Below, in pieces: positions 26,992-36,332 of a DNA stretch of 64,000 nt. Location: assembly GCA_965215505.1 (NCBI GenBank), contig OZ244065.1, positions 1,920,001 through 1,984,000 of the forward strand. Reading direction: 5' to 3'. The stretch's first letter is position 1. Every line of letters begins with the position of its first letter. A model generated the notes under the pieces. The model did no database searches, was not told the DNA's origin, and was given only the letters and a program-made list of their open reading frames with translations. A program made the translations under genes and the position numbers. This DNA is from Capsulimonadaceae bacterium. Lineage in GTDB: Bacteria > Armatimonadota > Armatimonadia > Armatimonadales > Capsulimonadaceae.

Positions 26992-27594
26992 TCATTCGCC
27001 CGTGTCCCCGCTGGCCGGGATGCTGCCGCCCCCGGTCGGTGGGAGGGTGACGCCGCCCGGCCCGCGCGCCGCCCCACCGGGGGTGGCGGGGGAACCGGCG
27101 GCGGGTGCCTGGGGCGCGTTGGGGCCGACGACGAGCGGCGCACCAGGGGGAGGCGGCGGGGCGGCGGGCGGGGCGGGACCCGCGCCGAGGACGACGGGCG
27201 GGGCGCCCAGGGCGGCACGGCCATGGCCGATCTCGGTGACAGTGCCGGTCGCGGGGTCGAGCTGGAACTGGCATCCGGGGGCGCGGATGACGTCGTCGCC
27301 GATGCCGCCGGACTTTTTCAGATCGTCGAAGGTCTGCGGCGGGTGGTCATTGTGGTCCTGCTTGTACATGGTCGAGGCCATGTTGAGCTGCGCCTGGTAC
27401 TCGCTGCATGCCGTCCCGTAGGCCTGCTGCTCGGCGGCGGGTGCGCCGTTGTGGGAGCCGGCCTGGGGCTTCAGTATCTTGGTGTAGTACCAGGCGGAGA
27501 GGATGGCGACGATCACGAGCGAGACGAGCAGGCCGACCAGGGACCACTGGCCGCGCCGGAGTGCGGCGGGGCGGGCGGGGGCTTTGCGGGACAC
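26992..27594 (-). CDS. Pilin/pseudopilin-like protein with Pro-rich tail
   Basis: Basic leader RRG then QWSLVGLLVSLVIVAIL; two Cys; no Glu at +5. Confidence 0.55.
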   Translation of the reverse strand: MSRKAPARPAALRRGQWSLVGLLVSLVIVAILSAWYYTKILKPQAGSHNGAPAAEQQAYGTACSEYQAQLNMASTMYKQDHNDHPPQTFDDLKKSGGIGDDVIRAPGCQFQLDPATGTVTEIGHGRAALGAPPVVLGAGPAPPAAPPPPPGAPLVVGPNAPQAPAAGSPATPGGAARGPGGVTLPPTGGGSIPASGDTGE

Positions 27595-27627
27595 GGGCGT
27601 ACTCCTTGGGTGCTATGGCTCGGGGCG

Positions 27628-28062
27628 CTAGGCGGCGAGCCGGAAGAGGGCCTGGCCATACTCGACGGGTGCGCCGTCCTCGACCAGCACGTCGGTGACA
27701 CGCCCGCTCTCGTCGGCGACCACGTCGTTCATCAGCTTCATGGACTCGATGCAGCCGATGACCTGGCCGGGGCGGACGGCGGCGGCGTAGGGCAGCGGCG
27801 GATCGGCGTGGTGGAAGATGCCGACCATGGGCGCGAGGAGCAGCCGGGCCTCCTCGGGCGCGACCTCCGGCGTCCCCCCGGAGTCCGGGGCGGGCGCGAC
27901 TTCCGTCGGGGCGGGCGGCGCGGCGGCCCCCGTGAGGGCGGGCGGGGCGGCGTGGAGCGCGCGGCGGGCGCACACGCGCCGGCCGTCCTGCTCCACGGTG
28001 ATCTCGGAAACGGGGTATTCGCCCATGAGGGCCACGATCTGCTCGACAAGGTCCAGGTTCAT
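27628..28062 (-). CDS. accB: Biotin carboxyl carrier protein
   Basis: APMVGIF, IESMKLMN (biotinyl-Lys), PVEYGQALF. Confidence 0.9.
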   Translation of the reverse strand: MNLDLVEQIVALMGEYPVSEITVEQDGRRVCARRALHAAPPALTGAAAPPAPTEVAPAPDSGGTPEVAPEEARLLLAPMVGIFHHADPPLPYAAAVRPGQVIGCIESMKLMNDVVADESGRVTDVLVEDGAPVEYGQALFRLAA

Positions 28063-28125
28063 TGGGGGGGATGATACCCGAAAACCGGGGCGCAAGAAAA
28101 GGGGGAGCAAGAAGAGGCAAGAAAA

Positions 28126-28151
28126 AGGGGGCGCGACGGATCGCGCCCCCT
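28126..28151. repeat. REP-like hairpin / possible terminator
   Basis: AGGGGGCGCGACGGATCGCGCCCCCT followed by a T-run on the minus strand. Confidence 0.5.
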
Positions 28152-28165
28152 GTCCCTGCGCCCCC

Positions 28166-29341
28166 TCAGATCTTGAGCTTGAAGCAGGCGTACTCGATGA
28201 CGCGCATGACCTGGGAGAGCAGGACGATGCCGAGGGCGAAGACGAACACCCAGGCGATGAGGGCGTAGGCGCTGTTGTGCAGGGCGGGGATGCCGGTCGG
28301 GTCGGCGACGCCGAGCGTGAAGCGCCGGGTCAGGTCGTCCAGGCCCAGCAGGATCTTGTTGACCACGGCGTTGAGGACGGGGAACTGCCAGACCAGGAGG
28401 CCGGGCACGGCGATGAGGGCGGCGACGGTGAGCGCCTTGTGCTTCTGCCGCTGGTGTTCGTTGTAGATGATGCAGTTACGGCACCGCTCGGCCTTGGCCG
28501 CAGGCGACAGGTTCTTGCGCGGGCCGGCGAGCGCGTCGTTCTGGTGGGCGCGGGCCATCTGGTCCTTCCAGTCAGGGGCGATCATGGCCTGGAGAACGAT
28601 GCGCTCCTCGCACATGCAGCCCTCCTTGTACCACCAGCAGGGGCCTCTGCGCCTGATGTGGATGGGGCACTTGGCGCGGATGTGGTCGCGGCAGTAGGGA
28701 CCCTCCCAGCAGCGGCCCAGGAAGACCTGGCGCTGCTTGGACTTCGGCTGGGTCTTGGTGCCCGCGCCGTATTTGGCGTTGGCGCGCTGGATGGCGGCGA
28801 CGTCGGCGGCGGCGGCGACGCGCCGGACCAGCTCGACGATGGTCCAGAGCGCGCCGGGCACGGCGAACATCCAGGCGAGGCTCTGGAAGTCGGCCACGAC
28901 GGTGGTGCTGGCGTTGCTGGCGGTGATCCTCTTCACCGGGTAGATCTGGTTCGCCAGGAAGGACGGCCCGGCGTAGAACAGGGCGGCCGCGCCGAGCAGC
29001 CAGTAGCCGATGCCTTCCACCTGGGCGCAGGAGGTCAGCAGGGCGGCGAGCATGAGGAGGCTGGAGGCCTGGAGCAGATGGAAGACGAGGTTTATGTTGT
29101 CGAGCTGCAAGGCCCGGCGGGCGGCGGGAAGCTGGCCCATCGCCTGGTGCGACCACGCGCCGCTGAGAAGCCCCCAGTTCAAATAGAGGGTCAGCAGGAT
29201 GGTGACGAGGGCGGCAGGGCCGAGGACGCGGCGGGCGAACTCGTCGAGCTTGGGGGTGCCCGTCCCCTTTCCCTTCTTCACGGGGCGCCGGGCGGCGGGC
29301 AGCGGCGCTTCGGTCAAATCAATACGTTCGGGCATGGGCAC
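28166..29341 (-). CDS. Membrane protein with an 8-Cys cytoplasmic domain
   Basis: About 6 TMs; CWEGPYC..CP..CWW..GCMCEE..CRNC..YNEHQ. Confidence 0.75.
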   Translation of the reverse strand: MPMPERIDLTEAPLPAARRPVKKGKGTGTPKLDEFARRVLGPAALVTILLTLYLNWGLLSGAWSHQAMGQLPAARRALQLDNINLVFHLLQASSLLMLAALLTSCAQVEGIGYWLLGAAALFYAGPSFLANQIYPVKRITASNASTTVVADFQSLAWMFAVPGALWTIVELVRRVAAAADVAAIQRANAKYGAGTKTQPKSKQRQVFLGRCWEGPYCRDHIRAKCPIHIRRRGPCWWYKEGCMCEERIVLQAMIAPDWKDQMARAHQNDALAGPRKNLSPAAKAERCRNCIIYNEHQRQKHKALTVAALIAVPGLLVWQFPVLNAVVNKILLGLDDLTRRFTLGVADPTGIPALHNSAYALIAWVFVFALGIVLLSQVMRVIEYACFKLKI

Positions 29342-29371
29342 TATCCTTACCGGCCCTGAGTGACCGGCGGG

Positions 29372-29929
29372 CTATTTGACGCGCTCCAGGTATTGGTCGC
29401 TGCGGGTGTCTATCTTGATCTTGTCGCCGAGCTTGACGAAGAACGGGACGGTGACGACCGCGCCGGTCTCGACGGTGGCAGGCTTGCCACCGCCGGAGGC
29501 GGTGTCGCCCTTCTCGCTGCCGGCGGTCTCGGTGACTTCCAGCTCGACAAAGGGGGGGACCTCGATGCCGATGATGGCGTCCTTGTGGGTCATGACGCTC
29601 AGGTCCATGTTCTCCTTAAGGTACTTGACTCCGCTGCCGATCTGTTCCTTGCTGACGCTCGACTGCTCGAAGGTCTGTGGGTCCATCAGGAAGTACTCGG
29701 TGCCGTCGTTGTAGAGGTACTGCATGGGGCGTCGCTCCAGGAAGGCCTGTTCCATGCGCTCGCCTGCGCGCCACGTCTTATCAATGGAGCGGCCGTTCTT
29801 GATGTTTTTCAGCGTCGAGCGCACGAACGCCCCGCCCTTGCCGGGCTTGACGTGCTGGAACTCGGTGATGGTATAGATGTCCCCATCCATGACGATGGAG
29901 ATGCCGTTTCTAAATTCGCTGGTGTCCAT
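29372..29929 (-). CDS. efp: Elongation factor P
   Basis: HVKPGKGGAFVR, KGDTASGGGKPA..ETG...VP.F...GD.I.IDTR. Confidence 0.97.
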   Translation of the reverse strand: MDTSEFRNGISIVMDGDIYTITEFQHVKPGKGGAFVRSTLKNIKNGRSIDKTWRAGERMEQAFLERRPMQYLYNDGTEYFLMDPQTFEQSSVSKEQIGSGVKYLKENMDLSVMTHKDAIIGIEVPPFVELEVTETAGSEKGDTASGGGKPATVETGAVVTVPFFVKLGDKIKIDTRSDQYLERVK

Positions 29930-30055
29930 GGCGGAAACAAAAACTCCTGCACTGATTATTTTTTACACTAAAAGCCCATAACTCGCGGTACAATGTGGAA
30001 CGATACTGCGGAAGCAGAAGTGACCGCCCAATTGCAGACATGGGATTGATACGAG

Positions 30056-30084
30056 ATTATAGCATATCGGCGACGCTTTGACAA
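30056..30084 (-). promoter_or_regulatory. sigma70 promoter for efp
   Basis: TTGTCA-17-TATAAT with TGn extended -10. Confidence 0.7.
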
Positions 30085-30131
30085 CCAACGTCGTGCCCGG
30101 CAGTTCACGCCCACAGCTTGAAGGAAACACG

Positions 30132-31979
30132 ATGCAGACAACCCGACGGACCGCATGGCCGACATCATTCTCGCTGACGCTCGGCTTCGCGCTGACGTTC
30201 AGCCTGTTGTCGTGGCCCGGCCCGGCCGGCGCGGCCCCATCGCCGAAGCGCACACACACCCACACACGCCCTTCCCGTTCCCATCCCGCGCGCGTGCCCC
30301 TCGCGCGGCCTTCCCGCGCCTGGTCCTCCGTCATCGTCGAGTGGCGCGGGGCGCGGACGGCGTCCGGCCTGCGCCGGATGCGGGCGCTGGGCATGCGCGC
30401 GGACCGGCCGCTGCCGCTGATCGGCGCGGACGCGCTGCGCCTGCCCTCGCCGAACCTCGCGCGGCTGGCCGTGCTGCCGTTCGTCCGGCACGTCTCCCCA
30501 GACCTCACCTGCCGGAAAAGTGACGAGTACACGGTCGGCGCGACGGGCGCGGACGTGGCGCTCGCACAGAGCGGGCTGACGGGCGCGGGCGTCACCGTCG
30601 CCGTCCTGGACAGCGGCATCCAGTCGGAGCGGGCGGACATCCAAGGGCGCACGGCGGCAGCCGTAGATTTCACGGATGACGCGCCCACGCCGGAAGACAC
30701 GCCGGGCGACGCCTGCGGGCACGGGACGCACATCGCCGGCATCATCGCGGGCGACGGGACCGCGTCCACCGGCCCGGCCTTTTTCCGCACCTTCTACGGA
30801 ATCGCGCGTCAGGCCGGCCTGGTTGACGTCCGCGTCCTCGACGGGAACGGGCAGGGGACGGTCAGCGGCGTCATCCGGGGCATCGAGTGGACGGTCGCGC
30901 ACAAATCCGACTACGGCATCGGGGTCCTCAACCTCTCGCTCGGACACAGTGTAGGGGAGAGCTACACGACGGACCCGCTCTGCCAGGCCGTCGAGGCGGC
31001 CTGGAAGTCAGGCATCGTGGTGGTCTGCGCGGCGGGCAACGAGGGCCGACTGTGCCAGCGGTCCGGTCGGCGGGGCAGTTTCCAGGGCCGGCTGGCCGGT
31101 AATGAGGGTTGGGGGACCGCTTACGGCTCGATCCAGTCGCCCGCCAATGATCCGTATGTGATCACGGTCGGCGCGACGAAGTCGGTGGACGGCAACCGCG
31201 CCGACGACTCGATCGCGACCTATTCAAGCCGCGGCCCGTCGCGCCTGGACTTCGTCCTGAAGCCGGACCTGGTCGCGCCGGGTAACCGGATCGTCTCGGT
31301 CAACGCGAACGGCAGCTATCTGGATGCGAACTTCGGCCCGATCAGCGGCGTCGGCCTGTCCGAGTACAGCACACTGACGGACGCACCCGCCGACACCTAC
31401 CTGCGCCTGTCGGGGACCTCCATGGCCGCGCCGGTGGTGGCGGGGGCGGCGGCCCTGCTGCTCCAGTCCGACCCGACGCTCACGCCGGACACCGTCAAGG
31501 CGCGTCTGATGGCGAGCGCGGACAAAGCCGGCTATGGCCTTTCGGGGGCGGGCGACGACGACCCTTGTACCTACGGCGCGGGGTATCTGGACATCCCCGC
31601 CGCCCTGCAAAGCACCTTGATCGCGACCCAGCCCGCCCTCAGTCCATTGCTCGTGTGCGACGCTTCCGGGCTGGTTTCGATGGATGCGGCACCGCTGCTG
31701 TCCGACTCGGGCGGTTTCTGGGGGACAGGTCTGCTGGACCCGGCCATCATCTGGGGACAATCAGCACCTCTCTATGTGGAGTCAAAGTCAGACAGGGCCA
31801 TCATCTGGGGGGAGTCAAGCAGGGCCATCATCTGGGGGGAGTCAATCGGCGCACAAAGCGTCTGGGGCGACGCAATCATCTGGGGCGAACACTCCAACAG
31901 TGTGGATTTATCTTCCACGGCCCTGATCGGTGACCCTGATGCCTTGGCTTATGGGCCGTTGAGTTTCCTGCGCCCGTAA
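30132..31979 (+). CDS. Secreted S8 subtilase (AprX-like) with C-terminal tandem AIIWG repeats
   Basis: Signal peptide; catalytic D (VAVLDSG), H (GHGTHIAG), oxyanion N (AAGN), S (GTSMAAP); six xWG units near the C-terminus. Confidence 0.9.
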   Translation: MQTTRRTAWPTSFSLTLGFALTFSLLSWPGPAGAAPSPKRTHTHTRPSRSHPARVPLARPSRAWSSVIVEWRGARTASGLRRMRALGMRADRPLPLIGADALRLPSPNLARLAVLPFVRHVSPDLTCRKSDEYTVGATGADVALAQSGLTGAGVTVAVLDSGIQSERADIQGRTAAAVDFTDDAPTPEDTPGDACGHGTHIAGIIAGDGTASTGPAFFRTFYGIARQAGLVDVRVLDGNGQGTVSGVIRGIEWTVAHKSDYGIGVLNLSLGHSVGESYTTDPLCQAVEAAWKSGIVVVCAAGNEGRLCQRSGRRGSFQGRLAGNEGWGTAYGSIQSPANDPYVITVGATKSVDGNRADDSIATYSSRGPSRLDFVLKPDLVAPGNRIVSVNANGSYLDANFGPISGVGLSEYSTLTDAPADTYLRLSGTSMAAPVVAGAAALLLQSDPTLTPDTVKARLMASADKAGYGLSGAGDDDPCTYGAGYLDIPAALQSTLIATQPALSPLLVCDASGLVSMDAAPLLSDSGGFWGTGLLDPAIIWGQSAPLYVESKSDRAIIWGESSRAIIWGESIGAQSVWGDAIIWGEHSNSVDLSSTALIGDPDALAYGPLSFLRP

Positions 31980-31989
31980 GGAGAATCTC

Positions 31990-33594
31990 ATGCAGGCTCT
32001 GCCACGCAATGCCCGCCTTTTCGTCGGCTTTATCGGTTCTTTAGGTCTTCTCTCCTTGCTGGACGCTTTGTGCTTCCCGGTCGCCGCTCGGCCGGGGCCG
32101 CACTGGGAGAAGGGAATATTTCTGGCCCTGAGCATCCTCGCGGGGGGGGCTAAAATCCGGCTAACGCCGCGCGGATCGGCAGAAAACATCGGCTCTTTGT
32201 CGCTCTTGTTTGCGTTGACGTATGTGACCCTGCTTCGGTTCGGCCCAAGTTTGGCCATGCTGGTAGGCTGCCTGAGCACCCTCTCAGCCTGCTTCTACCC
32301 TAAGCGCCAGCGGGTCCACCAAGTCATCTTCAATCTCGGCCTCATAGCCGTCTCGACGTTCACTGCGGGCCGGGTCTTCCTTTGGGTCAGCGGCGGCTCA
32401 TTTCCAGCCGAGTTGTTTCCTCTATTCACCACCGTGATGGCGTCTTGCCTCGCGTTCTTCTTGATTAATAGCTTGGGGGTGGCTTCCATTATTGCCCTAT
32501 CCACGGGCAAGAACCTGGGTCACATCTGGCGTGACTCGTTCCTGTGGACTGCGCCGTCTTACTTCGCTGCGGCTAGCGCGGGGACGCTTGCCATCCTGCT
32601 CCTGGGTAATCAGGTCGGGGCGGTGCTGCTGTTCTTCACGCCCGTGGCCGCGCTTACCCACCTCGCCTATGCGCTATCGCAGCGTCGGGCGGAGGAAAAC
32701 CAGGAGAGTCAGCAGCGCATCCAGGAGCTTCAGACGCACGAGGCGCAGCTCGCGGAGGACTTGCGGCACGAACACCAGATCGCCGAGACGCTCCAGCGGT
32801 CTCTGCTGTCCGCGCCCGCCGAGGACGCCTTCGCCGGCCTGTGCGTCCACACGGAGTACGAGCCGGCCTGGAAAGAGGCGCTGGTCGGCGGCGATTTCTA
32901 CGACGTCCTGGCTTTGGGCGAGGGCCGTGTGGCTTTCGTGGTCGGCGACGTGACCGGCAAGGGTCTGGCGGCGGCGACGCACACGGCGGAAGTCAAGTTC
33001 GCGCTGCGGGCGATCCTGCACGAGCATCCGGAGCCGGCGCGGGCACTGACGCGCTTGAACCGGTTCCTGATGCAGCCGCAGCCGGGCGGCCCCGAGCTGC
33101 CGCTGGTTGCGGTCGCTTTGGCGGTGGTGGACGCGCGGACGGGCGAGGCGGCGGTTGCCTCAGCGGGGGCAGAGTACCCACTGCTGCTGCGGGCGGGCGG
33201 CGGGGCGGAGGCGCTCCGGGCGGGCGGGATGCTGCTGGGGACCTTGCGGGATGCCGAGTACGAGGCGCAGACGCTGCGCCTGCTGCCGGGCGACAGCCTG
33301 CTGCTGGTGACGGACGGGCTGACGGAGGCGCGCGGCGGGAGTCAGTTCTTCGGCTACGAGGGCCTGAAGTGGGCCGCGCAGCGGGCGCAGGCGGCGGGCG
33401 TGGTCCGGCTCGGGCAGGAGATCATCGCGGACGCCAAGCGGTTCACCGGGGGCGCGCTGCACGACGATGTCTGCCTGTTGGTGGTGCGGCGCGAGCCGGA
33501 GGCGGCCCGCGTGCCGTCCGTCCCGCTCACCTTCTCGACGGGTGGGCGCACCGTTACCGCCGCTCCAGTGCCTTTGACGACCGGGCGGCAGTGA
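31990..33594 (+). CDS. Multi-TM (MASE-like) sensor fused to PP2C/SpoIIE Ser/Thr phosphatase
   Basis: About 7 N-terminal TMs, coiled coil, LQRSLL, GGDFYD, GDVTGKG, TDGL, HDD. Confidence 0.9.
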   Translation: MQALPRNARLFVGFIGSLGLLSLLDALCFPVAARPGPHWEKGIFLALSILAGGAKIRLTPRGSAENIGSLSLLFALTYVTLLRFGPSLAMLVGCLSTLSACFYPKRQRVHQVIFNLGLIAVSTFTAGRVFLWVSGGSFPAELFPLFTTVMASCLAFFLINSLGVASIIALSTGKNLGHIWRDSFLWTAPSYFAAASAGTLAILLLGNQVGAVLLFFTPVAALTHLAYALSQRRAEENQESQQRIQELQTHEAQLAEDLRHEHQIAETLQRSLLSAPAEDAFAGLCVHTEYEPAWKEALVGGDFYDVLALGEGRVAFVVGDVTGKGLAAATHTAEVKFALRAILHEHPEPARALTRLNRFLMQPQPGGPELPLVAVALAVVDARTGEAAVASAGAEYPLLLRAGGGAEALRAGGMLLGTLRDAEYEAQTLRLLPGDSLLLVTDGLTEARGGSQFFGYEGLKWAAQRAQAAGVVRLGQEIIADAKRFTGGALHDDVCLLVVRREPEAARVPSVPLTFSTGGRTVTAAPVPLTTGRQ

Positions 33595-33885
33595 CGCCGT
33601 CATGTTGCGGGGCGTAGGGGGTCGGACGCCTGCGCCGCCTGATATCCGTACCACCCCCTCCTTCCCCTCTTTAGTCCCCTCTCTGGCTTTCGCCGCCGGG
33701 CCGCTCTCCGGCGGCCTGTTCTTCCGGCGGCGGCTGAACAACCCGATCATGCTCCGCGTCAGTCCGCATGATTTTTGCTCGTCCGTGGCTCTCTGGCGAA
33801 CAGAATCGATACGGCTCGCCCCCGCTGGACCTGATGGCGGCGGGGCACATGTTCCTGATGATCCAGGACTGCAAGAGGCGCTACG

Positions 33886-34482
33886 ATGCTAAATCCATTC
33901 TCAAAATCCAAGACTTCTGTGGAACACCAGCTAGACAAGCTGGGGAGTGTTGGTCTGCGGCTGACAGAGGGTGTCAAGGTTGATGACCTGTTTCTGTATG
34001 ACAGTCGTGAAAACATGGAGAGAGAGCCATACAGCGCGCTCATCGCAGCACTCGGCTACAGCACGGAAGACGGTGAGGATACGGCCTTTTGCCGGAGCCT
34101 ATGGATGTGTGACTATGAAGGCATTGAAGACAGCGGGGACTATGTTGTCCTTATGAAGCATCTGCAAGTATTGAGCGAGGAGCGGCCAGCGTTGTCCGAC
34201 ATTCAAGACCATGTGGAGATCGGGGATAATAAAGCGTGGATTGAATTCGATCTTAATGCTCATAGGGTTCATTGGGACCTTGAAGTCGATGACGATTGGC
34301 TTGACCCCTTCCTGTTCGTAAAATATGATCAGCTACTTGCCGAACACACAGATGTACGCATCTACTCTAATCATACAGATTTTGGCCAATTGGCACTACT
34401 CGGCTGCTTCACCAGTAACCAGTTCGACAAGTTCAAGAGATCATCAAAGGTAAAGTTTATGCTGATCGCCGATCAACTCTGA
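33886..34482 (+). CDS. Hypothetical acidic protein, lower GC
   Basis: 198-aa ORF immediately upstream of trpG. Confidence 0.65.
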   Translation: MLNPFSKSKTSVEHQLDKLGSVGLRLTEGVKVDDLFLYDSRENMEREPYSALIAALGYSTEDGEDTAFCRSLWMCDYEGIEDSGDYVVLMKHLQVLSEERPALSDIQDHVEIGDNKAWIEFDLNAHRVHWDLEVDDDWLDPFLFVKYDQLLAEHTDVRIYSNHTDFGQLALLGCFTSNQFDKFKRSSKVKFMLIADQL

Positions 34483-34503
34483 GGTCCCAGGAAAGAAGCA
34501 TCA

Positions 34504-35073
34504 ATGACCAAAGTTCTTGTCATAGATAATTACGACTCGTTCACCTACAACCTCGTGCAGTATTTGGGCGAGATGGGGGCGGAACTGGACGTGCGGCGCA
34601 ACGACACCCTGACGCTGACGGACGTGGCGGCGCTCGCCCCCGAGAAGATACTGATCTCGCCGGGGCCGGGCACGCCGGACGACGCGGGCATCACGCTGGA
34701 CCTGATCCGCGAGTTCGGGCCGCGTACCCCCATCTTCGGCGTCTGCCTGGGGCAGCAGGCCATCGGGCAGGCGTTGGGGGGGCGAGTGATCCGGGCGGAC
34801 AAGCTGATGCATGGCAAGACTTCCCTGGTCAACCATCGTGGGCAGGGCGTTTTCCAGGGCCTCCCCACCCCGCTCGAAGCCACACGCTATCATTCGCTGG
34901 TGGTGGAGCGGGCGACTTTGCCCGACTGCCTGGAGATCACGGCGGAGTCGGACGACGGCGAGATCATGGGGCTGCGGCATCGGTCGTGGCCGCTGGAGGG
35001 GGTGCAGTTCCATCCGGAATCGGTGCTGACCGAACACGGCAAGCAGATGGTGCGAAACTTCCTAGAACGATGA
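34504..35073 (+). CDS. trpG: Anthranilate synthase component II (glutamine amidotransferase)
   Basis: [32 protein letters not shown]. Confidence 0.93.
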   Translation: MTKVLVIDNYDSFTYNLVQYLGEMGAELDVRRNDTLTLTDVAALAPEKILISPGPGTPDDAGITLDLIREFGPRTPIFGVCLGQQAIGQALGGRVIRADKLMHGKTSLVNHRGQGVFQGLPTPLEATRYHSLVVERATLPDCLEITAESDDGEIMGLRHRSWPLEGVQFHPESVLTEHGKQMVRNFLER

Positions 35074-35106
35074 CTCTTAGCGCGGCCTGTGTGTCATAAT
35101 AGACGC

Positions 35107-36210
35107 ATGAACCTTTACGAAAAGCGCCTCAGCCGGGTGCGGACGGCGATGCACGAGAACGGGCTGGATACGCTCATCCTGACGCCGGGCGCGGCCATGC
35201 AGTACCTCACCGGCTTCTCGGAACACGGCTCGCGGTTCCTGGCACTGGTCGTGCCGGACGATCAGCCGTGGCTGTTCGTGACGCCCGCCTTGAACGCCGG
35301 GCAGGCGCGTCAGAATCCCGCCGAGGTGATAGACATCCGCGTCTGGGACGACGCACAGGGCTGGGAAACTCTGCTTGCCACGTTAAGCAAAGACCTGATG
35401 CTGGACATCGGCATCGTCGGCCTGGACGATGACATGCCGGCCCGGTTCGCCTTGAAGATCCAGGAGCTGATGCCGACCGCGCTGCTGAAGCTCGCGGGCG
35501 CGGCCCTCGCCCCCCTGCGGGCCATCAAAGACGCTTCAGAGCTGGCCGCCTTGCAGCGCGCGGGTGAGGCGACGGACGCGCTCATCCCCATCGCCTATGA
35601 AGCCTGCCAAGTCGGCGCGAGCGAGAGGGAGATCAGCCTCGCGATCGGGCAGAGCATCGCACGAGCCGGGTATCAGGACTCATTCGCGCCGATCATCGGG
35701 GCGGGGGCGAACGGGGCCTCGCCGCACCACAACACGGGCCGAACGAAGGTGAAGCGGGGCGACGTCGTCATTCTGGACTTCGGCGCGATGGCGGACGGCT
35801 ACCACGGCGACATCACCCGGACGGTCGCCGTCGGCGAAGCGTCGGACGAGGCCCGGCACGTTTACGACGTGGTTTACCGCGCCTATTCGGCGGGGGTGGA
35901 CGCCGTCGTGCCGGGCGCGACCGCGCATGACGTGGACGCCGCCGCCCGTCAGGTCATCACGGACGCGGGCTACGGCGAGTTCTTCATCCACCGGACGGGC
36001 CACGGCATCGGGCTGGACGACCACGAGGCCCCGTACATGCTGTCCGGCAACTACACGAAGCTGCTGCCGGGCCACTGCTTCTCGGTCGAGCCGGGCATCT
36101 ACCTCCCCGGCAAGTTCGGCGTCCGCCTGGAAAACATCCTGACCGTGAAGGACGATGGCACCGCCCACGTCTTCAACGAGGCTATCTCGCCGGAGATGCC
36201 GGTGCTGTAG
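35107..36210 (+). CDS. M24 family Xaa-Pro peptidase
   Basis: ASPHH, LDFG, GDITRT, HRTGHGIGLDDHE, EPGIY, RLE. Confidence 0.92.
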   Translation: MNLYEKRLSRVRTAMHENGLDTLILTPGAAMQYLTGFSEHGSRFLALVVPDDQPWLFVTPALNAGQARQNPAEVIDIRVWDDAQGWETLLATLSKDLMLDIGIVGLDDDMPARFALKIQELMPTALLKLAGAALAPLRAIKDASELAALQRAGEATDALIPIAYEACQVGASEREISLAIGQSIARAGYQDSFAPIIGAGANGASPHHNTGRTKVKRGDVVILDFGAMADGYHGDITRTVAVGEASDEARHVYDVVYRAYSAGVDAVVPGATAHDVDAAARQVITDAGYGEFFIHRTGHGIGLDDHEAPYMLSGNYTKLLPGHCFSVEPGIYLPGKFGVRLENILTVKDDGTAHVFNEAISPEMPVL

Positions 36211-36235
36211 ACACGCCGTTGCGGGTAGACCCATA

Positions 36236-36298
36236 GAGGGCGGGGACAAGCCCCTACCCTATAGGCGTACCGTAGGGGTACGGCTTGCCCCTGCCCTC
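36236..36298. repeat. Inverted doublet of family A-like REPs
   Basis: GAGGGCGGGGACAAGCCCCTACCCTA...GTAGGGGTACGGCTTGCCCCTGCCCTC. Confidence 0.7.
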
Positions 36299-36332
36299 TT
36301 TTGCCACCGTTATCCGCTAGAAAGCCATCCCC

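Noticed and set aside
33768-33983. Small ORF (ARPWL...GSPPLDLM) faintly like an MbcA/Xre antitoxin C-terminus
   Set aside because: Short, no clear RBS, overlaps the next gene by about 100 nt and has no RES-type partner; too weak to call.
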